From the NCBI GenBank assembly GCA_051294375.1, contig JBJCIZ010000035.1, positions 1 through 64,000 of the forward strand: a DNA stretch of 64,000 bases, read 5' to 3'. This DNA comes from Paraspadella gotoi. Taxonomy: Eukaryota; Animalia; Chaetognatha. Every line of letters begins with the position of its first letter. Position 1 is the first letter of the stretch. A model generated the notes under the pieces. That model saw only the letters and a program-made list of their open reading frames with translations. It was not told where the DNA came from and did not search any database. A program made the translations under genes and the position numbers. Of this stretch, positions 49,787 through 63,010 are shown one piece after another.

Positions 49787-49857
49787 GTTAAGTCTGAGAT
49801 TACTAAGAATTTAAACTGTTAAAAATTGTTTAATTTCGTTCTTGTTTGTGCTTACAG

Positions 49858-49976
49858 GAGTAGTGCCAAATCAAGGGGGATGAAATTTCACGAATATGTT
49901 GCCAACTGTAAAGACCCAAGCGTAAACGTCGTCCTTCTTGAAGACTCAGCCGCTGTTACTGGCGTTGCTCTTGCAG
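49858..49976 (+). CDS. SLC30A9: Zinc transporter 9 exon (TM5)
   Basis: SSAKSRGMKFHEYVANCKDPSVNVVLLEDSAAVTGVALA matches the ZnT9 motif DPS.NV.LLED.AAV.G; 71-nt upstream intron. Confidence 0.93.
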
Positions 49977-50364
49977 GTTCCCGAGTTATAGATAAATACA
50001 AAAGGCTTCTTATAGACTTATTATAAATGAAGTCGTGGTTTTTTGTGAATCGGTTCCGGGAAAACTACTGTACAGACCAAATTTAAAGAAATTTGCCAAG
50101 TGAATACGAATAAAACTATCGAGGAAAAATTTCATATTTGACCTCTGAGCCGAGATATGGGGCCCCCGGGGCATGGTCAAAATTTGTTTTTAATCTTATA
50201 AATTTTTTTGTTTTGAACAGTTCGGAGACGTTTATACTTATATTTATATACTTATATTTACTTGTATTTATATCCACAAAAATATTACAGGGACTTCAAG
50301 CTGAAAAGATTTGATTCCTAATTCTAAGTTTATATTGACCTAAAATTTCAAATTTCTTAATAGC

Positions 50365-52290
50365 GTCAGCGGATACGGGGATCCGCCTCCCATAAACAAC
50401 TCCATCTCTCTCACTCGCTCTCTCTCTCTCTCCCCCTTGCCCTCTCCCTCTCTCTCCCTCCCTCTCTCATTCGATCGCGGAAGGAACACGGGCAACGAAT
50501 CATGGGGCAAAGATTGGGACTAGGGCAAAGGGGACGTTGTATGGGCCGAGGGAGTAGGAAAAGGATAAACTGATGATTCAAAAGGAAAGCAGCCCTCGGC
50601 CCGAATGGTTGTACAGAATTTCTAACTTTAATTACATTGATACTTCGCCTACATTGTAAATAAATAAACTCAATTTGTGTTGCATTTTCATCCTTAACAT
50701 TTTATTCACCAAATTTGCCAAAAGTGCAAAGTGGTGTCAACGACGAGATTCGGAAAACGAGAATGAAAACCACGCGAAACGAACCGAAGAGACAACACAA
50801 GGAAAGTACAAACCATTCGGGCCCTCTCACCTAACAAGATTGAGCCGAAAGCATAATCCTAGATATGGCAGCCTACCGCACCAGAAAGCGAAAAAGCGTC
50901 CGACGTCAAGCAAGGCATGGTGGGCGCCTATCTCGACAGGCGCACCGGCATGGTCGTCTATTACGACGGTAGAACGGAACCTCATCAACCAATGGAGGAG
51001 CTAACCGCCGGGCTGGACAAGATCAAGCTCGTCGACGACGACGAGGGCACCGCCAACGGTAAAACGGCGGAAAGCAGTGGGAAACCACACCTCCTGAATC
51101 TAGACGACAACTTACGAAGAATCGCCAAAGGGAAGAAAGGGAATATGGGGGCCGCGGTCACCGAAATACTAGCCCTAATAAACGACAAGGTGGAATACCG
51201 CCGCGCCGCGGCCAAGTCCCGCCAAGCAGCCGCGGAAACGAGGACCCTCGCAAGGAAAATGGCCAACCTCGCCCAAGCAGGGGAAGAGCTGGCAACGACG
51301 CCTAGAGAAGAGGGGCCGGACGCCTACTCTCCCGAGGATCGACGGAGAAGCGCCTCCGCTATGGGAGATGCTAGACAACCGGCCGTGCGCTCAAGCTCGG
51401 CAAACCCGCTCGCGCGCACCGGTGAAGATGGACAAACGACGCGAAGGAGAAAAACCAATGGAATTCCTGCGTGGCATCTACAGAAACCTGAAGAACTGTG
51501 ACTTTGACGAAAGGAGAGTGAACGAACAGTTGCAAGCCGTCCTCGCCCGCGACGAAGAGGCAAACTGGTACGTCGACCCCATAGACGGCAGCCTGTGAAA
51601 GGGTCTGGAATTAATGTGCAAAGAAACATCGATCACGGCGGCGGAGGTAGCCGAAAAGATAGTTGTAAAGGTGGAACCGAAAGAGCATTCCGAATTTGGA
51701 CTACCGCTCGTCAACTCAATTTACAAAAAAATTTGACTGCGTCGCACCGGAAGAACGAGACGCGGTCTCGCGTCACGTGGCGCGTCTACTGACCAAAGCA
51801 TTGGATCCTTACGCCCCAGGAATATCAAGGGAGGTCCTCAAGTTCCGCAAGCTCATCGACACGGACAACCGCCGAGAGTTAGGCAAGGAAATAGTGGATA
51901 CTACGGGGATGGCTCGAGACGTACGGTTATAAGGCTGAGAGCACCTCTCGTCGCTTCATAAACTCCGTAAAGAACAACGACCGCCAAATCCTCACGGACT
52001 CGCTTCTGCAGATCAAAACCCTGCGGAGAGCGCGAACGCCCTCTACCAAGGCGCGATGATGCAAGAGGCGACTAACACGCGAGAGCTCATGGAAAAGCTC
52101 ACCAAGAGCATGACGGCGATCCAAAAAGCCGTCGAAACCAAGAAGGACGATGGGAGGTGAAGAGGCCGCCAACCCAGAGACACGAGACGCCCCGAGTGGC
52201 GCGACAGGCGCAAAGGGGGAAACGACAAACGCTGGCAAGGCAGGCAAAACTGCACGGATAGAAATTTCAGGCGTGACGCTGTTGTAACCG
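50365..52290 (+). mobile_element. Decayed LTR retrotransposon 5' remnant (LTR-like, PBS-like, gag-like)
   Basis: AATAAA then ...TGCA at 50725-50728, followed by TGGTGTCAACGACGAGAT at 50732-50749; GC-rich frameshifted ORF chain 50917-52260 including REGEKPMEFLR; no pol, no second LTR. Confidence 0.5.
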
Positions 52291-52444
52291 ATGAGTTAAA
52301 TGATGTTCAAAACGCAAATAGAGCCTTCCAAAATTACAATTACTTATTATTACCATGTCCAAAGTCAGAGAAAGGAAGCCCCAAAAGCGGCAAAGCTAGA
52401 AAATGACACCGCTGACAGGATTAAAAACGCCGCGAAAAAATGGT

Positions 52445-53250
52445 ATATAATAGTTTCTACTACAGACAGTGAAAAAGTAAAGAATTTTGACTTTTTTTTT
52501 TAAATTTTAACACTGTCGCAGACGTATTTGCTGAGAACTGGACAGACACATTGTCCTTTAGCAGATAACTTCGGTAAAAGTATTCCTCTCTCCGTGGTTC
52601 TTGCAAAACTGACAGCAGCGCCGCCTAGACCTCATGTACGCCAAGTCCATCCTGCCGCGGATCGGGGGCGGAATCCTCGATAGGAATGGATACGGAGGTG
52701 GTGCAGTGACTTGAATAACGTTTTTGCCTGAACTATTTGAGCTTCCAAAGTGTAGGATATTTTTCCGTCGCGCGGATGTAAAAAACTGATGGTCTGTGCG
52801 GGACGCCGGCCGGGCGGGACAGGGAAGAGTGGTTTGGTGGTGGCGGCGATGCCTTTGGCATAGTTCGTAGTCGGTCTTGGGAAGGCGGTCGTGGCGGCGG
52901 CGGCAAGGAGCGAGCCCGATCGTTGAGCATTGCCCTCTAAGTATCCTTGGAGGGAGAACCCAAGTCCCAGAGAAAAGGCGACGGCGAGGAATAATGGAAC
53001 CAAGATAGCAACGGAGTTAATACGACGGAGATTCACTGAAAACGCCGCGAAAGTTATCTCCCGGAGTCGGAAGCGGCGTCGTTGAGCGAGATAAATTCGG
53101 CGTCGGAGAAGCGAAGAAAAAGATGCCGTCGACTTCGGAGACGAGATTCAGCGTCGTCGGGGTCGGCGACTCGACCGAGAGACTCGTCATTAGAGCAAAT
53201 TCTAAATTTAAACAGACAAATTCTAAAATTAACCAGACAGTTAATACTGA
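52445..53250 (-). pseudogene. Exon-like segment encoding a type II membrane-protein-like N-terminus
   Basis: Basic stretch RRRIYLAQRRRFRLR, hydrophobic SVAILVPLFLAVAFSLGLGFSL, Thr/Pro-rich stalk; tttag acceptor-like site near 53201-53207; frameshifts; second copy at 4300-4760. Confidence 0.45.
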
Positions 53251-53909
53251 AGGCTTCATATTATAGAATGAGGTACCCTTTTTTTGTGACCAGAATCTGT
53301 TCCCATCAAACTACCTGATAGAATTTCATGAAATTTTACATTTAGAGTTCTAATGACGATATCAACAGAACTATCGAGGCGAATTTTAATGATCAACCCT
53401 GACAATAGCCATAGCTAATGAAATTAATGCTTTTTAAAATTTTTATAAGAATCAGGTTCATCGATGTCTTAACCATATAAAAATCTCTTTTAAAACTAAA
53501 ATTAATAAATGTTTTGCTAATTAATCGGTGTTTGAAGATGCATGGTTCATCGTTTTTCTCTCTATTTTCCCCGAATTATTCCCAATCTGACTTGAACCGC
53601 TGAGGTTCATGAACCTGAAACTTAAGATAAACTAATATTTTTGTGGAAATAAATATGTTGTTGGAAGAGTAATCGTCTGGGCAACTGTTTTTTTGCCCCT
53701 ATCTCACTCAGTTAATTGCAGTCGGTTATTTGTTTTTCGCTTCTTATGAGCAACATATAGAAATCTCTTTACGGAAAAATAAAAAAGATAGTGGTAAGGG
53801 TAGAAAAACTTTTTATTACAAGTTCGAAACCTCCCCTAATCCTAACTACCCCTGATCCCTAACCACCCCTAATCTCTAAACAGTAACCATATGAGTTTTA
53901 TTAAGAAAC

Positions 53910-54049
53910 AAATTTCGGACATGTTTTGGCTACAATCAGCGAATAAACGTATTGACTTGTGAAACAAATATTTAAAGTATTTGTTTTACAAATCAATTCA
54001 TTTTCGCGCTGATAAAGGCTTACATTGAAGCCAAAACATGTCCAAATTT
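53910..54049. repeat. Imperfect palindrome made of two inverted degenerate hammerhead-element ends
   Basis: ggacatgttttggct..atcagcg and cgctgataaaggctt..aagccaaaacatgtcc flank a central hairpin. Confidence 0.65.
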
Positions 54050-54869
54050 ATGTTTCATTTTCTACCTCAAACATAAAAATATTAATTAAAATGAAATTAT
54101 TGAAGGGGCATAAAACATTTTTCTACGGCCTCACCTGAAAAAGTGATTACATATAGAAATAAAATGCAAAAATTTTAACCAAAAGGAAGTTAGTTATGCT
54201 TACCATGATCGATGCTGCAACAAGGTCCTAAAATGGAGAGAGGGTGACACGAAGACGATGTAATGATGGCAGAAAGAGCGCGTGGAATTTAGTTTTTATT
54301 CAATGGAAAATTATCTACCATAATGGAAAAAAAAATTGTCGCGGTTTTCTTAACTTAAATTTAATCTTAATTTATTTCTTAACCTTATATCATTATTTTA
54401 TAAAAGTGATACAAGCTTTAAATTACCAGAACCTGTCCAAAATTAAAGAGAAAATAATTTATTTATTAGATGAAAAAATAATTTTTATATTAATTATAAT
54501 AATTTTAGAATTATTATCTATATATAAAAATAACTATAAAATAATAATATTTAAATTTCTTTAATTTTTTTAAAAAATTACTCTTTAAACATATTAATTT
54601 CCAAGAATTTTAAATATTTTATTAGATTTATTATAAAAAATAATTTTTAAAGTTTTTCTCAATTTTAACCTACTTATTATCAAAAAACCATTTGAAAATA
54701 TTATTTTTTAAAAAAAATAAAACAAATATTACTAAATTACCTTAACCTGAAACCCTTTTAACCTTAACCACCCCTAACCCACCCCTAAACAACTCTTAAG
54801 CCTAACCTCTACCTAACTTTTCCCTAACCCCGGCCAGTGAGAGCAAAAGTAAAAACAACTTTTCAAATT

Positions 54870-55080
54870 AAGCTATCTGAATCTGCTTTAAAAAATAAAA
54901 TTAAAATAAAAAATTTTAAACATTTTTTTTTATAAATATTAAAAAATTAATTATTAATGCTTTTAGATATTTTAAAAAATTTTGATCCAATAAAATTTTT
55001 TTCAGAAATATATAAAGTTTTATTTGGGAAGGTTCTCAAATCAAACTTCAGACTTACCTCATTGATAAGGTTTGGCTCTA
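54870..55080 (-). repeat. Dispersed repeat, inverted homologue of 4857-5070 (TAGAGCCAAAC end)
   Basis: Reverse complement tagagccaaaccttatcaatgaggtaagtctgaagtttgatttgagaacc aligns to 4857 onward. Confidence 0.65.
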
Positions 55081-56759
55081 ATTTGGATTCGCCATAAAGG
55101 ACAAAAAAAATTAAATTTAATATTTAAACCAATAAAAATGATAAATGTTTTAACATATTATTTTACTTCCCCAAAATATTAAAGATAACAAAATTTTTAA
55201 TTACATATTTTTTTATTTAATTTTTTTATGAATAATTAAAATCTTTATTAAAAGTTTTAAAAATTTTTTTTAAAAATTTACTATTTTTATAAAATATTAT
55301 TACAAATGTATTAGATTTTATTATTTTATTCTTGAGACTAATGAACAAAATATTTTTTATAATAATTAATCATACTATCTCACATCTAAATATTTTTATT
55401 TAATCACCCAAATAATTTTTTTATTTTAATTGCTCTACTTTACTGCACAAAACAATAAAATATAATCTTACATTTTTTATTAATTTTTTTATTTAAATTG
55501 ATATAACCAATATAAAACTTATCCATTTACTTAATAACTATTTTGTCCTTGACTTTGGACAAGCTTTAGTAGTTTAAAACCTTAATCATATTTACAAAAT
55601 AATAACATAGCAGGTCCTGAAAGCTATTAATCAAAACTTTTAATATTATTAATGTATGACGCAATGCAAGCTAAAAGCTGAAAGAGAGTTCCACCGAGGC
55701 GAAAAAATTATTATTGATTTCAGCCCATCTGAATATTTTTTTTTATTCCCTGAGTCTTTACAGAAGTTATCCTAAAAAATCTATGCAAAATTGTTACAGG
55801 CTATCGAGATACAGTAAAATACAGTGAATAATTTAAAAATCTATTACCCATAAATATTATTGGAACTAAACTTTGCCATTTCGTAAAAAGTCATTTCGAT
55901 CAATTTTTGTCAATTTCTGAATTTCTGGCTGGGATTCTGTTTTCACATCTATCTTTTTTTCACTTTGACAAGGTACTTTTTTTTCAAATTCATTTTTTTT
56001 TGTAAAAAAAATAAGTCTTTCTTAATAACCTTTTGAATCATAATAACCACATATAAGTTATAAGCGTTTTAAAACCTGAAAGAAAAATTATATATTATGT
56101 ATATTTTTTTAAAGGAATATTTCTTTTACTGCAATATGCAAATGAGATTATTGCATTTTTAGGCTTTTATAATGGAGCATTTTGGAAAACTTATAAGAAA
56201 TCTAACGCATGATCTTTAATGGAATAAAAAAATATATTTGAAAACTTTTAGGGTAACAAATAGATGAATTTAAACTTATGAATATAAAAAAAAAATCATC
56301 AATGAGTATCCATCAATCCATCAATCCATAAAAAGTTAATTATTAGTAAAGCTTTAAAAAAAAAAAAAACAAGAAAGAGACTCAAAAGGTCACACATTTG
56401 GATGTCATGTGTTAAAGGTTGAAATTAATTAAAAGAAAAGGAGAGAGAGAAAGAGATTGAATGATAGAAAGAATCTTTGGCAGAAATACAAGTAATGAAC
56501 ATATTTAAATCTAATAAAAAAGATGGAAAAATCAAAGCCAAAGGAATGAATAGTCTCATAATCCAATTAAGAAAAATCCTGTACTAATTTAAGAGCTTTC
56601 AGCATAAACCAATCAATCAATCAATCAATCAAATTAAAAATTAATCAATCAATCTCTCTCTTTCTCTCTCTCTTTTTGTTTGTGTCTTTTTATTATCTCT
56701 CTCTCTCTCACTTTCTTGTAGGTACACATTTTATAATGTTTATCTTATTAACAATTATT

Positions 56760-59590
56760 AGTCGGATCTGCTTTCAGCAGATCCCGACCAGAGATGTGGA
56801 AGCGATCGATTTTTCCGCCGCTGCCAAATCCGGCGCTTCCAAAGACCCCTCCCGCTCCCGTTTTCGGGTGCAATCCTTACTTTTTCAGCCCGGATCGCTT
56901 TCGGTTTCGAGTGCACATCGCTTCCTTCCTTTAGAAATTTTATATTTGTTATTATTTATAAAAATACTCTCTTTAGACATGTAAATCATTGGTAAAATAA
57001 TTTTAAACAATCTTTTTTGTTAACAAATAACTAGTGAAATTTTTACTATGAAAAATTGTAAGATTTGTAAGATTGTAAGAATCGTTCGAGTGGAAATGAG
57101 TTTAAATGAAAAAAAAAAAAAACCTTTTTCCTTATTTGCTTTTTTCTTTTTATTAAATATAAATACAACCTGCAATTAATTATTCAATTAATCAATAATT
57201 AATCAATCAATTAACTAAACAAACTAATCAATCAAAATCATTTAAAAAATTAATGAATCAATTTTTTATCAATCAATCAATTAAATAATCAATTAATTTA
57301 TCAATCAACTAATTAATAAATTTTTTTATCAATTAATTATTAAAAGAACCAATTAATTAATTAATCAATTAATTAATCAATCAATCAAACAATGTCAGTG
57401 TTATCATTGTCATCTTCCAACGTCGTTGTTGCTTTTGGCCTGGTCAGTGAACCTGACAAAAAGACCTAAAAATTAACAGGCCTGATATGAATTTATTTTA
57501 TTTGATCAATCAATCATTCAATTAATCATAATGGTGCTATCCTTGTTGTCATCATAATCATCATCAGGGTAGTCATTTCTTTTGTCATAATGAAAAGACA
57601 AAAACAAACAAGTTTGAGCTAACAATGCCAGAACTGATCAGTAATTAATTATTCAATCAATTAATCAAATAATCAATCAAAAAATTAATAATCAGTCAAT
57701 TTGTCATCGTTGGTATTATCATTGTCGTGGTTGCCATCATTAATTATTTAATTAATTAAACTCTTTTATATTTGTTGTAAAATGCAAAAATGTATCTTTA
57801 TTATTTATTTATCCCTGTTGTTTTGTTTCTCTCTCTCACTCTCTCTCTTCTCTCTCTTTAACAAGTTCACTTCTTTTCACAACTCACTCAATCTGCCCTT
57901 ACCTTCAACCTGTCCTCACATCTGACCACTATTCTGTCTCACCACTTGGTTGAAAACCTTTTACCCTCTCTCTCTCTTTCTCTCTCTCTCTCTCACACAC
58001 TTTCTTTTACACAAATTTATTATTGAATGTCATATGCTGATGAAGGCTTGAAGTAAACAAGCCGAAACATGTCCCAACTATTAATTAAAATCGTTGTTAC
58101 AAATTCAAACTTCTTTGCTTTCTCTAAATTAATTAATTGAAATATTTTTATAAATGTTTGCGGTGACTCAAAACAAAAATTTATAGAAAAATTTGAGGCG
58201 TGTTTTTTGTGATAAAGAAAACCTGGTATTATCAAAAACAGTAAAAAAGTAAAAATGATAAAATAATAACAACAACAACTAGTATTTACATTGGCTGAGA
58301 AAAAGGTCAGCCATAACAAGATTGGGTAAAAACAGGTCATTCTTATTGACCACTACTGTACTCCGGCTCACAAGTACAAAGACTTCGTCGTCGTTTTTGT
58401 CATTGTATTCATCGTCGTTGTCGTCTTTGTTCAAATCATTTGAGCTCCCAAATGTTCGATGTTATTATTTTAATTAATTAAATAGGAATTAATTAAATAA
58501 TTTTTTTTTTAAATTAATTAATCAATTAATTACTGCTAATGATCGTGGGCAGATCCGGCATTGTTTGCTCAAACTTGTTTATTAAATATTTTGATTTATT
58601 TATTTATATATTTTTTTATTTGCTTTTTGGTTTATCCATCCATCCGTCCGTCTGTCCGTCCATCTGTCCATCCGTCCGTCCGTCCGACCGTCCACATTGC
58701 AAAAAACACCAATTACTCGTGATTGGATGGATGGATTGGAATGAAATTTGTGTGTGGGGTAGGAAAGTGTGTGATTGAGCTGTATATTAAGTTTCGATGG
58801 AATCGTCCGAGTGGAAATGAGTTTAAATGGAAAAAATAAAAAAAATAAATTTCACTATTTGAACACCAATTACTCATGAGTGGATGGGGCGATTGACTTG
58901 AAATTTTTGTATTTGGGTAGAAAAGTGTGTGATTAAACTGGAAATCAAGTTTCGATGGAATCGTTTGAGTGGAAATGAGTTAAAATGAAAAAAAAGTCAT
59001 ATTTACATGAAGTATTTTTACTTAAATTTACTCATAATTATTATGTTTATTAAAAATTGGATAGATAAATTGAAATGGAATTTTGTGTGTGGGTAGGAAT
59101 AGCTGGATATAAATTTTTTTGATGGAATCGTAGGAGTGGAAAAGAGTTCAAATTAGAAAACCAAAAGACACATTTATTTGATTTTTTTAAAGTTTCTCTC
59201 AATCTCTCCTTCTGATTGATTGATTGATTGATAGATTAAATGACCAAATTATGCCAATTGACAGAAATATGCCAGTTGACCAAATTCTGCAAGTTGACCA
59301 AATTATGCCAGTTGACCAAATTATGCCGGTTGACCAAATCATGTTAATTGACCATATTATGTCAGTTGACAAAATAATGTCATTGAAAAAATTATGTCAG
59401 TTATTCAAATTATGTCAGATATTCCAAATTATGTCAGTTGACCAAATTATGTCAGTTGACCAAATTTTGTCAGTTGACAAAATTATGCCAGCTGACAAAA
59501 TTATGTCAGTTGACCAAATTATGCCAGTTGACCAAATTATGCCACTTAATTATCGTAGGCAGATCCGACATTGTTTGCTCAAACTTGTTT
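56760..59590 (+). mobile_element. Cluster of HINE family A pieces, including a diverged 18-bp array (59240-59545)
   Basis: 5' hairpin at 56760; 3' ends at 58548 and 59558; GTCC repeat at 58635-58693. Confidence 0.65.
58031..58080 (+). ncRNA. Minimal hammerhead ribozyme motif, independent copy
   Basis: CTGATGA-a-GGCTTG-aagtaaa-CAAGCC-GAAAC-AT-GTC; core and 6-bp stem II intact, stem I weak; within element 57770-58110. Confidence 0.65.
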
Positions 59591-59593
59591 AAT

Positions 59594-60360
59594 GAAAAGA
59601 CATCAGTTAAAGAAAGTCAGTCTTGTATAAGAAAAAGATTTAAAAAATTGGTTTGACCAATGATCATGATAATTATATTTTTGCATAAAAAATGAAAATT
59701 TAAAAAAATGAAAAACATCAGATTTGGCCCAAAATAATTATCTCCAATCTGATGTTTTTAGAAATACAAAATGTTTGCTCGTTTTCTTTATTCTTAATTA
59801 TGAACAAAAAAATTCTGCTTTTTTTCAACTAAAAATTGAATTATTTTAATAAATAAAAAATCAAAGTTGTACATATTTTTGTTCCAAATTAATCATGGAT
59901 TATCATAAAAATATAGATTTATAGCTACTACCCTCCAAATCCATGGGTCTTCTTGTAGAAAAGACATGAGGGCAAAAAAGTCAGGCTTATATGAAAAAAT
60001 GATAAAAAAAATTGATTTGACCAAGGCTCATTCATAATTATGTTTTTGCATAAAAAATGAAAATATAAAAAAATAAAAAACATCAGATTTTGCGCAAATT
60101 GATTACCTCCAATCTGATGTTTTTAGAAATGCAAAATGTTTACGCGTTTTCTTTAATTATAATTATGAACGCAAAAAATTATATTTTTCGAAAAACTGGA
60201 AAATTCAATTTTTTTATTAAAGAAAAATGTCCTATCATCAAAGTTGTGCATATTTTTTATTCAAATTTATCATGAATGATCACAACAACATAGATTTACT
60301 ACTACTACCCTCCGTTTTCGTTTTTTTTCTCATAACAAGACATCAGTGCAAAAAAGTAAA
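59594..60360. repeat. Diverged ~365-bp tandem repeat (two copies plus the start of a third)
   Basis: gaaaagacat...ctactaccctcc units start at about 59594 and 59958; third aagacatcagtgcaaaaaagt at about 60337. Confidence 0.7.
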
Positions 60361-62254
60361 ATATTTGATAAAAAGTAGAAACCTGTTTGTCAGTCCAAAT
60401 TTCTGATATATTAATTGATTATGAACAAGCCCTGATTCAAAATTGTCGCAAAAAATATGTAGAGGTAAGGGCTTGGTCTGCTCTAACAGAATATGTATTA
60501 AAAATGCGTTTTTTAAACCATTTTGTGACAGTACCATAATTTCGAAAAACATACAGTAAAAAAAATTTGTCACACTTTTTTTCATATTTTTTCTATTTTG
60601 TAAAGAATTGGACCTTGTTAATCTTCTCACAGGGATAATGACGGTCCTTCACATTGTAACTGAACCTTCTGAGTACCAAATGGCTGCATAATTGATAATA
60701 TTTGGTAAAGGAGTTGTCTCTGAGATCAATAAATTGGTGCAAAAGTAGGCTGAAACTCCCTTTTAGCTTTTATCTTTTATCTTTTAAAAAATTAAGTTTT
60801 ATAATTTTTAATACCATTCTTTTTTAGACATATAAATTAAAATTAATCATTGAATCAATCCTAATAAAAATAATAATATTTTTAATAATATTATTATAAT
60901 TAAAATATATTTAAAAAAATAAAATATATATAAAAAATAATAATAGTTAAACAGTTGATGTAGCAATTTTTTTTCCATAATGGTACACATGTTACACTAG
61001 ACAAGCGTCAAATTTCTGATGGATTTTTTCTTTTCGTCGCGGCTGCGGAAAATGAAAATTAGGAGAGCCACAGAGAGGCGTTGAAAAAGTTAATTTCAGC
61101 GGTGCTCGCTTTGCCCCACCAAATGTTTTCACAAGTCGATGGCGGCGACGGCGACCTTGGCGGTGCAGAAAATGAAAATTAACCAAAAAAAACACGAGGC
61201 GAATGAAGATAGTCAAGAAATTTCCATGGCAACTGTTAGAAAAGTGATATTGAGACACAACAACACGAGAAATTTGGTTTTGAACGAGGACCTGATCGCG
61301 CATTAGATGATTAGGCGGTGTAAAAATTTCGAGAGCGACTAGTAGCGACGAGGAACAACGAATAGCGAAAACAGCGAAAAACAGCGAAAAAAGCAAAACC
61401 AGCTCCATTAAATAATAAATTTCACGATGAAACCACGAAAACTACACCTTTGTTCCCCCAGATTTGGAAATTTCAGACACTGAACTATCCAGATGTCAAA
61501 TAATAATGGTAAGTTAACGTCGTCTTCAGGTGCAAATTAATGCCTTCACTAAAAGTTAGTTCATGACTTTTTAATGAGATAATTTTAACAAGTGAAATAG
61601 CTTAGCCTCTTGGCAAGACACTAAACTAAATATATGTATTGTGACGAGTTCTCTTTTTAGTACCAGTGCTAGACGAGGGACAGTTAAACTTGACATAAAT
61701 TCTTAAATGTATTATTATATTTTACTGGCTTTGTTTCATGTCAAGACCTTTACCGATTTTCTTTGTTCCCACAAAGGAAGATACCCAGGACGTTAGAGGT
61801 TCAAATACTAATAACACTTTTTAATTTATTTGTTGGGATCAGGTGCAAATATTATAAAATATAGCAATGAACGGACATTTTTGAGTAGTGGACCGGTTTT
61901 AAAATGCTGAATATTGTACCAGGACCATTATTTATAGTCTTTTTTGCATTAGAAATGAGTTTACTGATTGTCTTAGAGTAGGAAACTTGTAATAAATTTA
62001 AAAATATTCCTTAGTATTTACAGTAAAATACAAAAAAAAGACAAATCAAAGGAAAACCGTTCGAGGAGTAATCGTTTTAAATGGCTTTAAATACTACTAA
62101 AATATTTATGGAGTCAATTTCTCCTCCTCTCACTCTCTCTTTGGCGAAGCCATTTGAGATTGGCAGCATGGAATAAAACGAAATCTGACGTGGAAGAGGA
62201 GTGGATTTTTTTGGAACACAATGGCATCTCATGGAGAGAGAAAAATGGAATCTG

Positions 62255-63010
62255 AAGGAGAAATGTTGAATTTGATGGAATAAAGTGTAATTTGATGAAA
62301 TAAAGTGGAATCGGATTGAGAAGAAAAGTGGAATTTGATGGAATAAAGTGGAATCGGATAGAGAAGAAAAGTGGAATTTGATGGAATTAAGTGGAATCGG
62401 ATAGAGAAGAAAAGTAGAATTTGATGGAATTAAATGGAATCGAATAGAGAAGAGTAAAGTGGAATTTTATGAAATAAAGTGGAATCGGATAGAGAAGAAA
62501 AGTGGAATTTGATGGAATTAAGTGGAGTCGGAGAGAAGAGAAAAGTGGAATTTGATGAAAAAAAATGAAATCTGATAGAGAAGAGAATGTGGAATTTGAT
62601 GGAATAAAGAGTAATTTGATGAAATAAAGTGTAATTTGATGAAATAAAGTGGAATCGGATAGAGAAGAAACGTGGAATTTGATGGAATTAAATGGAATCG
62701 AATAGAGAAGAGTAAAGTGGAATTTGATGGAATTAAGTGGAATCGGATAGAGAAGAAAAGTGGAATTTGATGGAATTAAATGGAATCGAATAGAGAAGAG
62801 TAAAGTGGAATTTTATGAAAGTGGAATCGGATAGAGAAGAAAAGTGGAATTTGATGGAAGTAAGTGGAATCGGAGAGAAGAGTAAAGTAGAATTTTATGA
62901 AATAAAGTGGAATCGGATCGAGAAGAAAATTGGAATTTGATGGAATAAAGTGGAATCTGATGGAGAAGAAATGTGGAATTTGATGGAATAAAGTGGAACA
63001 GAATGGAATC
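62255..63010. repeat. ~43-bp GGAAT-rich satellite
   Basis: Unit GTGGAATTTGATGGAATAAA+GTGGAATCGGATAGAGAAGAAAA in tandem. Confidence 0.9.

Noticed and set aside
50543-50602. CTGATGA...GAAA enclosed by a 10-bp hairpin (gggccgaggg/ccctcggccc) as a type III hammerhead
   Set aside because: Stem I and stem II cannot form and the GUA does not pair properly with the bases after GAAA
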